From: Octopus bimaculoides
Taxonomy: Eukaryota
DNA: 64,000 bases
NCBI RefSeq assembly: GCF_001194135.2
Contig: NC_068981.1
Location: forward strand, 61,268,537 to 61,332,536
Direction of reading: 5' to 3'
Shown here: one piece after another, positions 53,190 to 64,000 of the stretch
How the letters are laid out: each line of letters begins with the position of its first letter
How positions within the stretch are numbered: the stretch's first letter is position 1
Notes under the pieces: model-generated
Seen by the model: only the letters and a program-made list of their open reading frames with translations
What the model was told of the DNA's origin: nothing
Databases searched by the model: none
Made by a program: the position numbers and the translations under genes

Positions 53190-54330
53190 ATAACTTGCAC
53201 ATGCAAGTGCTACCAGTCGAGATATCTGCATACCAGAACCCACCAAGGGTATGGGGTTATCAGGAGAAGACAAGCGAAGGCAAGATGTCATCAGTCTCTG
53301 CTTCTGTTTTCCACTTCCTAGCTGTTTTCACCTCTGGTGGATTACGGCTGATTTCCATGTCCTTCGACTCTCTCAACATCGTCACCGTTCGTACCTTCCC
53401 CAGTTTATATACTTCGACTATTGACGCCAGTGGTCATAGCAACGAGCCATATTTACGATAAAGAGCTGAACTTTTAAACATCCGAAGTAGGCCTAGCCAC
53501 TTTCTAATGAAAACATTGCATTTTTGTTCAATGATCTGAACTTGTGACAATTCCACCTCATACTATTAAAAATGGTCAGGAAAGTCGCAGATAAAAGCCG
53601 AACTGTAAGCACAACATTTTATATTTACCTGGTAATTTGAGTTATCAATCGCTGATTATCCAACCTCGGCTTGTTTCATAATTTCCATACTTGACCCCTA
53701 TCTGACAATTTTTCAGTATATACTCCCCCGCCCCCCAAATCTTGACGGGTTCTTCTTTGACTGTTGGAATGCTTTCTTCTACTATTCGAAATTTAAATTC
53801 TTTCTGCACTCCCTTAACAAATGTCAGACTACGCGACTTTTTTTTTGCACTAAACCGCATCCTTAACCACCTCGAAAGCTCGTCTAGTCTCAAGATCGCA
53901 CTCTGCATGAATTGCTTATCTGTAGATAGAAGTGTCACATAAACGCTTTCTTAGGCGATTGTACATGGGCGATTTGTTCCGAAAATTCTACGGTTTTCAA
54001 AATCATCTCCATCACTGAGATACACCATGTGACAGATATTGTACAGCCAGCACCAATCTCCAATCAGTGCCAATCTGTTGTAAAATCTCCAGCTGTAAAC
54101 CTTATCTCGAAACTGTCATAATACATCCTCATTATTTTGGTTACTTTGTCTGGAATGTGGAAGTGGTCCATGGTTCTCTCAGTAATTCGTGTGGCACTGA
54201 GCCACATGCATTAGCTATGTCAAGCCATATTACGTTCAGACTTCTCTTGTTCTGTTTGGTATCCTGACAAATTTCTGTGCTGCATCTTTGAAAGTTGTCA
54301 GTGAACAGGTAGCGGTTTCAAAGTGACGAA
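53190..54330 (-). mobile_element. RLE-type (Hero/NeSL-like) LINE RT fragment, decayed
   Basis: DLANA.GSVPH, GCTISVIL, MTLLST..RLDEL.RW.RMRF..KKSRSL..KG..F.I..IPTVKEEPVK, GKVRTV.ML..SKD..VKTARKWK. Confidence 0.7.
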
Positions 54331-54364
54331 AATATTTTGGCGAAATAAATTTAAATTTTGAAGT

Positions 54365-54529
54365 GGTGTAGGAATGGCTGTGTGGTATGTAGCTTGTTTA
54401 CCAACCACATGGTTCCAGGTTCCGCCCCACTGCGTGGCACCTGGGGCAAGTGTCTTTTACTATAGCCTCGGGCCGACCAAAGCCTTGTGAGTGGAGTTGG
54501 TAGACGAAAACTGAAAGAAGCCTGTCGTA

Positions 54530-54609
<80 letters not shown>

Positions 54610-54830
54610 TGTGTGTGTGTATATGTTTGTGTGTCTGTGTTTGTCCCCATCATCGCTTGACAACCGATGCTGTTGTGTTTATATCCCCGTAATTTAGCGG
54701 TTCGGCAAAAGACGCGATAGAATAAGTACTAGGCTTAATCGATAGAATAAGTCGTGGGGTCGAGTTGCTCGACTAAAGGCGGTGCTCCAGGATGGCAACA
54801 GTCAAATGACTTAAACAAGCAAAAGAGTAA
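54365..54830 (+). mobile_element. Octopus-type tRNA-derived SINE, full length, with internal (TA)n(TG)n
   Basis: tRNA-like head GGTGTAGGAATGGCTGTGTGG..GGTTCCAGGTTCCGCCCC, CORE-like GGGCAAGTGTC..GGGCCGACCAAAGCCTTGTGAGTGG, and a 3' tail ending GGCGGTGCTCCAG..AAAAGAGTAA. Confidence 0.9.
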
Positions 54831-55407
54831 GTGATTCTAACGGTTTTTCTGTTTCTTAAATGGCTTATAAACACATATACATATATAAGCATACATGCAA
54901 ACATACAACGAAGGTCTTCTTTCAGCTTCCGTATATCAAGTCCACTCACAAGGGTCGGCCCTACGATATAGTGGAAAACTATAGCGATATAAATACATAT
55001 ACATGTACATATATATATACATATATATATATATACTTACAGGTATATAAACACATGCATATATACGTGCGTATATACATACATATATATGTGTGTGTAT
55101 ATACTTTTATTTATGCATATGCATTTATTTTATCGGCACATCTCTACCCCCCTCTCTCTCTCTTTATATATATGCATGTATATACATATCTATATATACA
55201 TATCCTCATACATACGATTGCATATTTATATATAGCTATTCATTTGCATGCATAAACATATACGAGTGTATGAATGTATGTACGCATGCGTGTATTAATC
55301 AGTAAAATATATTAAATTTAATTAGAAAAGGAAACAAGGGCTTTTAATAAAAATTGCAAGCTTAGAAAATGACTAAAACGAAAGTAAAACAAATGAAAGT
55401 ACTCCTT

Positions 55408-55456
<49 letters not shown>

Positions 55457-57184
55457 CTGTCTGTCTGTCTATAAATCTATCAATCTATCTATCTATTTAT
55501 CTATCTACCTATCTATCTTTCTATCTATCTATCTATCTACACATAGTAAAATTTCTTTGTCTATTGTATGGAAAGTAGTTTGAAGTGCTCAGATAATAGA
55601 CCGACACGCAATATATAGCCAAAGTGAAGGGGAATTCAAATAGGTTCAACATTTTATATGGACATATATTCTGCTATATATTGAAGTATATATTTTTAAA
55701 TATACAAATATATCGGTTATTAAACTATAAAAACATATTAACATTCTATGAATACATTAATATTCATGTATAAATAGATAAATGGGATTACGTTAGAAAG
55801 TGAAGATGTTTAAAAGTATAAATGTATAAACAATATATAGAGGGAGATTTAGAATNNNNNNNNNNNNNNNNNNNNNNNNNNNNNNNNNNNNNNNNNNNNN
55901 NNNNNNNNNNNNNNNNNNNNNNNNNNNNNNNNNNNNNNNNNNNNNNNNNNNNNNNNNNNNNNNNNNNNNNNNNNNNNNNNNNNNNNNNNNNNNNNNNNNN
56001 NNNNNNNNNNNNNNNNNNNNNNNNNNNNNNNNNNNNNNNNNNNNNNNNNNNNNNNNNNNNNNNNNNNNNNNNNNNNNNNNNNNNNNNNNNNNNNNNNNNN
56101 NNNNNNNNNNNNNNNNNNNNNNNNNNNNNNNNNNNNNNNNNNNNNNNNNNNNNNNNNNNNNNNNNNNNNNNNNNNNNNNNNNNNNNNNNNNNNNNNNNNN
56201 NNNNNNNNNNNNNNNNNNNNNNNNNNNNNNNNNNNNNNNNNNNNNNNNNNNNNNNNNNNNNNNNNNNNNNNNNNNNNNNNNNNNNNNNNNNNNNNNNNNN
56301 NNNNNNNNNNNNNNNNNNNNNNNNNNGTGTGTGTGTGCGTGTGTGTGTGAGTGTGTGTGTGTGTGTGTGTGTGTATCTGACAAAATATATATGTATGCAT
56401 GTAGATTCTGACAAAACTCTGCGATGACAAGCAACGTGAAACTCCGAGTAACAGTTTTTTGTTATATTTCTGCTGCTTTAGATAAAGCATATTACTCTAC
56501 CTCTGGTATTCGAGTACTCTATTTACCACCTCGGTTCACATGTATGTGCTTACTCCGACGCACACAATTATACATACGTATACACGCACACACGCACATA
56601 CAAGCACACACAAGCACTACTCCATAGACACAACCTCACGCGTACACACATACCTGCACGTACACACATACCTGCACGTACACACATACCTGCACGTACA
56701 CACGCACCCATACGTACACACACATACATACACACACGCACACTGCAAACAAAACACACACATACTACATATACATATACGCACACACACATATTACCAG
56801 TACCCGTCTACTACCAGTACCTTTCTACTGACCATTCTGCTACACACATTTCTAGGTAAATAAACAACAGGCAGCCACTCTTACCAAAATTCTTACTATA
56901 AATTATTCCTATGTCCTTAAACGATACTCTGTCTAACCACACACATACATAAACAGCCACAAACACACACGCACACACACACACACACAGACTTGTGCGC
57001 ACGCACATACCCACACATACACACACATAACTCCACTTGCACTCTCCTGTCTTTGAAAATAACTTTTCCGTTACCCTTTTCCTTCCGGCCATTTCAATAT
57101 GTTACCGCGTGTGTATCGTTGGCGTTTTTCTTTCTCCGTCTTCTCTTCTTTGAACTGTTTGTATATTTCTGATGAAAAGCTCCG

Positions 57185-60100
57185 CTATCCATTAAGTGGT
57201 AGTTAACAACAAATATAGTGTCTGACCAGCGGACCTCTGTCTTTCCAAAAAAAGAAAAAAAAAAGAAAAATCAAAAAGCAGGTGCTCCAGGTTAACCAAA
57301 CATGAATCTGGGAAAGGCTCGACAGTTAGGCGGTAAGTGATGACGGATGCGATAAACAGATTCACTACCTCCACACCTACTTTTCTGGGTGAGATTCTCG
57401 GCCCATTTCTGGGTGAGATTGGCCACCCTGCTCGTAACCTCACGCCACGATCTCTCCATTTATAGGTTCGGACCGAACAAGACACCGAGCAATTTCGCCG
57501 GGCCATATATCCAAAGTCTTACGGCATTATTAGATGGTATCAACCTGTCTCTCCAGGTAACGAGCTGCAGGTTGACCGACTTATTACGGTCTATTTTTGC
57601 CTCTGATACCTCTGAATACTTCTCTTATGATCTTACCTACTAGATGCAGGTGTCTGTCGAAGGGTGGTGTCGTCTGCATACGCTGTTACACTCTCGATCG
57701 AGCGGACACCCCTCAGGGCTTACAGTTTCTGCAGTAATAGCTCGAGGGTCAGAGAGTACAGAACGGAGGATACGGGACATCCTTGGTCGGCTGAACGCAC
57801 GGTGCTGAACGGCTCTGAAAAATGACCGTCCATCTGATCTACCGATTTAATATTTCCGTACAAAGTGGTGATCCAACCGATGAAATCAGGGCCAAACCAG
57901 GCCGCTTCGAGGATTGCCATCAGATAGCGATGGTCAACCGTACCGAATGTTTTAGACTGATCTAAATGTACCAGTACCCCTCCCATGCCAATATTATTAA
58001 CCACCATGTCTATGGTGTAGCGTATGAAGTGGAGGTTTTCGTAGATCGTTCTTTATGGAATGGCGCATGTTTGCTCCCTCCCAACCAGTTTAACTACGAC
58101 AAGCGACAAACTCTTGCTTAGCACCTTGGCCAAAATTTTCTGCTCTGCATGATGCAGAGAGATAGCGTTAACGTTACCTATAACGTCCCCCTTCTCTGGG
58201 TTCTTTCTTAGCCTGCCACGGTCCCCGTTTCACAGATCTCGGAATGCTCCTATTCTGTTACCATTTGTCGTAGATATTTGCCAGTAGGTTCCGAAACAAG
58301 TCTGGCATATTACAATAAAACTCGTAGGGCAGACAATCGAGACCCGGAGATTTACCCCCAATGCAGCCCGCTAGGGCCTTTTATATCTACGCAGCTGTGA
58401 TCGGCTCTTCACAGCACACCACCTCCAGTGCTGAGAATTACGACAGACCAACCTGGAAGACCGAGATGTCTATCGCGCGATCCGACCTACCGCTCGTTGA
58501 TTCCCTCTTGTCTCATAGCACGTAACTTAAATGTGTCAATACAACTTTTGTGCTTAGTATGGAGGTATTGACATAGGGCCAATGTTGCACGTTAGAAGCA
58601 TGGCCAGATTTTATTGCTTCTTCTCGTTTGTGAATTAATTTCATGTTTATTCTATTCTTGTATAATACTAAAACTTTGCTATATGTACGTGAATCAAATT
58701 TAGTGGACTTTTAGGGCGCACCACCAGTTGCTATTGATGACGGCTACTGTTAACACCCTTTTCACTAATTCTCTAATCCGGACACTGTAGGCTTTGCATG
58801 CCAGGAGTGATGTGTTAAGCTTCCACTAACAGGGGCCCTATCGACAAAATCTATCTAAATGAAGCTTACAGATCACAAACTTGTGATCCGTATAGCTGAC
58901 GATCTGAAACACTGGATAACTAACGCTAGATGTGTCACCTAACTTAGTTGAATACTATATCTAAGTAGGATGTGGGAGACCAGGAGCTGTTGGTCCATTT
59001 CCATATAGGAGCATTCCGATGAGACATTCTAAACCTGTCAGCCAGTTGAAAGCGACTGAACAGGTTCGTGAGGCAAGTTTTCTCTTTTCTATTTGGAATT
59101 CAGCCAACAAAATCCACACGTGCATCTATTAACTCTAACGTGCGCAACGTCCTAAGGAAAGCGTCTAAGCGTCGAAAGTAGTCGGATTGCCTCGTGTCAT
59201 TTGGAGTATAAACTGTAACCAGGCTGAAGGTGCGGCCACTGTGTTATGTGTTGCCTCCAGGAGGACCAGTTGGCGTTCTGGATCCTCAAAAATTGTCGTG
59301 ATGTCTAAATCCAGGCCTTTCCGGAATAAAATACAACCCCTCCGACTCCTCTAGACTGGCTTTGAGATATGTAGAGGGGCGAAAGACCTTGCAACGCCGT
59401 CAGCTTGGTTTCAAATCTCATAACAATCAAATCCCATAACAACCAAATCCCATGACGTGAGGTCATTTAGCAAGCAAGCTGGCTTCCAACACGATCCCAG
59501 GCCACGTGCATTTACACTGCTAAGCTTGAACGCATCCATGATGAATGGAATTAATTACTTACTTGGTAATGGGGGTGAGGGAGTGGATTTATCCTCCCCT
59601 CCTAGTGTATCTTGTGCGGCGTACAAGGTTGAGTTTTGGAGTAGGGGGTAGGGTGTAGATGTATCCCCACTTCTCGTCGTGACTTGAGGAACGTTGTTAA
59701 TTAAGTTCCGGTAAATGTGTTTAGTAAAAATTAATTGTAATCTTCCAATGTCATTAAGATAGTGCTCTTTTCGTTGCGTGAGTGAATGACAGTCACGTTT
59801 TATTAATTGGATGTCTTCAGGAATTAGTGAAATGTGAAATGCGTCGATTGGCGTTTGTGTGTGTTTTTGAGTATGAGTTTCAGGTGTATGATCGCGTGTG
59901 GCGGGGTGCTTGTATTGTGGTGTGTGTCTGTAGGATGAAGTGGAATCGGGGAAGTGTTTAATACTTACTTTCATTTCTTTAGCTACCTCTTCCCATTTTT
60001 GATCTGTTGTGAGGTTGTCTTGCCTTTAATTGGTAGTGTTTGTGCTGGATGGTGTATGGTTTTGTTTGATGGTATTATCAGTTGGGGCTTTACTGTTTTC

Positions 60101-61170
60101 TTTTTGTCCGAGTCCGGGCCTGTTGGTGGTGTTGGGTTAGTGTTATTTGTCTTTGCCAGGTGTTTTGCAGTCAAGTGTGGTGGAGGGTGGCCCGTTTCTG
60201 GGTTATCCCACTCACAAGATCTTCTAATGTGGTCCTTTGGATCACATTTGTAACATCTGGGCCTTCGATCCTCCACCATGACTCGGAGGACTCTGCCATC
60301 TGGTAATTTAATGAAGTCGGGTATAAGTCTGAGGTCCTGTTGTGTGGTCTGTATTATTATTTCGAGGCCTTAGCCCCATCAGTTTTGTTAGTGCAGCTAC
60401 CTGGCTCGCAGTATGGAAACACTACTTTCCAAATCCAGCAACACAAAGGCCACGAGCCACGCCGCGTCAGTTTCTGGTGTTCTATCCGCAATTTTTATTG
60501 TAGATATGCCTTTACTCATATAAGTGGCAATACCACCAGTTCGATGGCTTTCAAAGGCACTGTGGAGTGTTTGCTTCTTTTTCGGAAGCGAACCTTACCT
60601 CCGCAGTGCCATATTTTCTCCTCTCGTTACGTATTTGTTATAACCCCAAATGGGCTCGAGACATTTTTCTATCGTTTCCTTTGGCATATGTTCCCCTTTG
60701 TTCGTTTTTAGTGAACGAGTTATAAATTGTATTGTTTTCATGGCGGTTTGTTGTATTATACTACCTGGTTGGGTTAAATTTATATTATATACCCTTCACC
60801 CTTTGCTAAGTTTTTCTAATTTTCTAGGTCAAGTTGGTTAAATTTTAGAGTTTCCTGGTTTATAGCTGCCACCGATGCGAACCCGCGTCGGTTTCGTTTG
60901 TTCAATTCGCTTTCATTGTTAGTAAATTCTTTTTCATGGTTGTATATTTTGGGTTTCCTTTGATGCATTTGACATATATTTTGTGTTCACTTCCTCCTGT
61001 TTGTGACAGGGAAGAGCTGTAGACATTTCTTTATACATCTCGTTAAGTTTGTTGATATTGGGAGGGTTGTCTGTGTCTTGGCTGGACGCTATGATGTCAA
61101 AAATTTGTAAACAAATTAGCAAAAATTAGCAAAAAATTAGCAAAAAAGTAGCAAAAATATTCAATTCGCA
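57185..61170 (-). mobile_element. L1/Tx1-type non-LTR retrotransposon: 5' UTR, ORF1 (CCHC knuckle), ORF2 (AP endonuclease plus RT); 3'-truncated and decayed
   Basis: ORF1 RPRCYKCDPKDHIRRSC (~60225-60265). ORF2 start SVNARGL (~59500-59540), KILAKVL, LDQSKTF..VDHRYL, QGCPVS..LYSLTLE and YADD (~57670-57683). Confidence 0.85.
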
Positions 61171-61503
61171 CCTTAAAGGTGGAATTTCTAAACTCGATAC
61201 CTATCATGCGAAACGCAAATGCCAAGCATTAGTGCAAGTGATTTCTAAATATCTAGTTGAGTGAATTGCGTCAGGGTGCTAGATGTGCTGGATGCGTGTA
61301 TGTGTATCAGTAACATAAGGGTTTAGATAGAATCAGGTAGTTGAAAAGATATAAAGATATGCAATGGGTAGGGTTATGCAATGGGTATCTGCTATTCACG
61401 GTTTTCTGTAGTGGTTTAATTTAATCATTCTTCTATTAAAAATATATTTAAGAAACGGCTGCAACGAGCTGACAATTTTCCATCGAATGTTGTTATTCAT
61501 TTG

Positions 61504-61540
<37 letters not shown>

Positions 61541-61633
61541 ATAATACTAGGGAATCAAACGTTACAGGCAAAAACGTTACAGGCAAAAATCGGCATATTG
61601 TTACACCAGGATTCGTAATATATAATATATGTA

Positions 61634-62400
61634 TATAACTGATTTAGAGACAAACCACCACTCTACAACTCAGTCTACTGAGAACCCGTCCAAATCCATG
61701 CTGTGAGGCATATACCATATAAATATTTATCTAAGATTTTAATCTAAAATTTTTAATTTTTAATTTAAGTATTATATCATATGAATATATCATATAATGA
61801 AACATTCATCATAAAAATATTAATTTAAAAAAAAAATTAAGATCAAAATTATAAATTGGACAGTAAAAATCAATTCAATAATATAAAGTATGAAATAATA
61901 TATGTATAAAGGTCAGTGCTAGTTCATAAACTACGCGCGTTCCATGGCTGAAATAGGACTATATAAAATCATAAGCAAATTCTATCCAAGTTCATTAGAA
62001 CGGGGAAATAATTTTACTCCCAAAATCAGTCACTCTTCAGGTCAACTCCCTAAGAAAATACCTAAAATCATTCAAGGAATAAACATAAACATGAGAAATA
62101 TAAAATATATAGAGAGACAAAATCTGTAAACTAATCCCTACATTAAAATTATTAATTATTAAGAGTTACAATCTAAAAATATTGACATACCTTATATTAT
62201 TGTATTGATTTTTACTGTCCAATTTATAATTTTGATTTTTACTTTTTTTCAAATTAATATTTTATGATGAATGTTTCTTTATATGATATATTAATATGAT
62301 ATATTATTTAAATTTTAAAATTTTAAAACTTTAGATAAATATTAATATGTTAGATAAATAGAGTGGTGTAGAGTGGTGGTTCGTATCTAAATTAGTTATA
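61634..62400. mobile_element. Fold-back element with ~215-260-bp inverted arms (61634-61892 / 62186-62400) in a TA-rich site
   Basis: Left arm TATAACTGATTTAGAGACAAACCACCACTCTACA..GAAACATTCATCATAAAA..ATCAAAATTATAAATTGGACAGTAAAAATCAAT matches the reverse complement of the right arm. Confidence 0.8.
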
Positions 62401-62413
62401 TATATAAATCTAT

Positions 62414-62545
62414 TTATTTGTCTGTGGGTGTCTTTGTGTTTGCATTTGTACCATCCCATCGCTTGACAACCAATGCAGGTGTGTTTACGTCCCGGTAATT
62501 TAGCAGGCTGGAGAATGACACCGGTGAAATAAATACCAGTCTTAT
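62414..62545 (+). mobile_element. SINE 3' fragment (family of 54365-54830)
   Basis: CCATCGCTTGACAACC.ATGC.GGTGTGTTTACGTCCC.GTAATTTAGC. Confidence 0.7.
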
Positions 62546-62819
62546 AGAAAAAAAAAAAACTTTAGTAACTGTTGGGTGATGCATTGTACTAAACTTTCTT
62601 CGAGATCTCAGTCTCATGTGGGAAACAAGTAAAAGATAAAAGCTCAAACATACACAAAGTACAGAGCTGCAGGATATTAAAGGGGAAAAGTTATGGCGTT
62701 ACAAGACCGACCGCTGTTTCCAGGGGCTTAGACTTACTTCATAACGTCGGCATAATCTAACCAAAGCCGCTCTGTTTGCTTATTCGCATCGTTATCTATC
62801 TATCGATTTATCTATCCAC

Positions 62820-62916
62820 CTACCTACCAACTAAGCTACCAACCTACCAACCTACCAACCTACCTACCTACCTACCTACCTACCTACCTACCTACCTACC
62901 TACCTACTTACCTACC
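62820..62916. repeat. (CCTA)n microsatellite running into a gap
   Basis: Read directly. Confidence 0.95.
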
Positions 62917-63385
62917 NNNNNNNNNNNNNNNNNNNNNNNNNNNNNNNNNNNNNNNNNNNNNNNNNNNNNNNNNNNNNNNNNNNNNNNNNNNNNNNNNNNN
63001 NNNNNNNNNNNNNNNNNNNNNNNNNNNNNNNNNNNNNNNNNNNNNNNNNNNNNNNNNNNNNNNNNNNNNNNNNNNNNNNNNNNNNNNNNNNNNNNNNNNN
63101 NNNNNNNNNNNNNNNNNNNNNNNNNNNNNNNNNNNNNNNNNNNNNNNNNNNNNNNNNNNNNNNNNNNNNNNNNNNNNNNNNNNNNNNNNNNNNNNNNNNN
63201 NNNNNNNNNNNNNNNNNNNNNNNNNNNNNNNNNNNNNNNNNNNNNNNNNNNNNNNNNNNNNNNNNNNNNNNNNNNNNNNNNNNNNNNNNNNNNNNNNNNN
63301 NNNNNNNNNNNNNNNNNNNNNNNNNNNNNNNNNNNNNNNNNNNNNNNNNNNNNNNNNNNNNNNNNNNNNNNNNNNNNNNNNNNNN

Positions 63386-63790
63386 CTTGGAGCTCATCAA
63401 TGGTAGCATTCGTCCTATTTCCTGGACTGCCATGTTAGCTTGGCGATAACTAATAATATCCAGTACTGCTACTGTAGTCTCCTTTAGAGACAATTAGAAA
63501 TATAAAAATTTCTATCTTTGGAAATCAGTGGATGTTTTCCACTGAATACATATAAATAAATCTTCGAACAGACAGTGAGCAGCTACGCCTACTCTACATT
63601 GAGAAGGGGAAAATACCCCGAAACTAGCCTGTGGATGTTGAACCAGCAAAGGGAAACTGCTGACCCCACTGTTCGAAGGCTATAATGAACACAGGTTCAT
63701 GTGTCAGCTGGGTAAGGCGATGGCATCTTGGAGGTAATCAACAGCAGCATTCCTAGACTACCACGTTAACTTGGCGATAACTATTAATAT
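63386..63790 (+). mobile_element. ~335-bp unit plus partial second copy (direct repeats 63386-63459 / 63727-63790) with central hammerhead fold
   Basis: CTTGGAG...ATCAA...AGCATT.CCT.GACT.CCA.GTTA.CTTGGCGATAACTA.TAATAT occurs twice. Hammerhead-like fold at 63594-63634. Confidence 0.65.
63594..63634 (+). ncRNA. Minimal type I hammerhead ribozyme fold, U3-A8 variant, with U16.1C change
   Basis: CTACA-TTGAGAA-GGGG-AAAATA-CCCC-GAA-ACTAGC-C-TGTGG. Confidence 0.6.
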
Positions 63791-63791
63791 A

Positions 63792-63830
<39 letters not shown>

Positions 63831-64000
63831 ATATATATACTAGTGTACTAGTGTCGTCAGAGATGGCGGCATGAAAATCATACGGGAAATAAGATTTAAA
63901 TAGAAACATTACAAACTTTATCTTAGTAATTGCTTCAACATCACGTTTCTAGTGAATGCCGTAACAACAATGAGTTCGCCTTGTTTTGGAGGGTCCATTC

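Noticed and set aside
4890-63493. Long ORFs made of X runs or dipeptide/homopolymer repeats (YI, HT, CV, YLSI, poly-H/D/E/F/I)
   Set aside because: Artefacts of N-gaps and microsatellites; no coding evidence.

Overview
AT-rich, repeat-saturated animal genomic DNA from a draft assembly with 10 N-gaps, most of them flanked by microsatellites. The SINE and LINE families look like those of octopus (probably Octopus bimaculoides or a relative); this is inferred from repeat recognition and was not checked by a search. No host protein-coding exon could be supported, and most computed ORFs are microsatellite or gap artefacts. The window holds decayed mobile elements. Non-LTR retrotransposons: RTE, four R4/Dong-type RLE LINEs, a Hero-like LINE, CR1-like, and a ~4 kb L1/Tx1-like element. 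Also present: three Penelope-like (RT/GIY-YIG) remnants, a full-length dead mariner with TIRs, two more Tc1/mariner fragments, probable Helitron remnants and several tRNA-derived SINEs. The most notable signals are (i) several unrelated short repeats carrying minimal, dimer-type hammerhead-ribozyme folds with non-canonical cores (an A6U variant in two identical copies; a U3-A8 variant inside a ~335-bp direct-repeat unit) and (ii) a 602-bp TIR element with an 8-bp TSD built around a head-to-head (TAACCC)7/(TAGGGT)8 telomeric palindrome.
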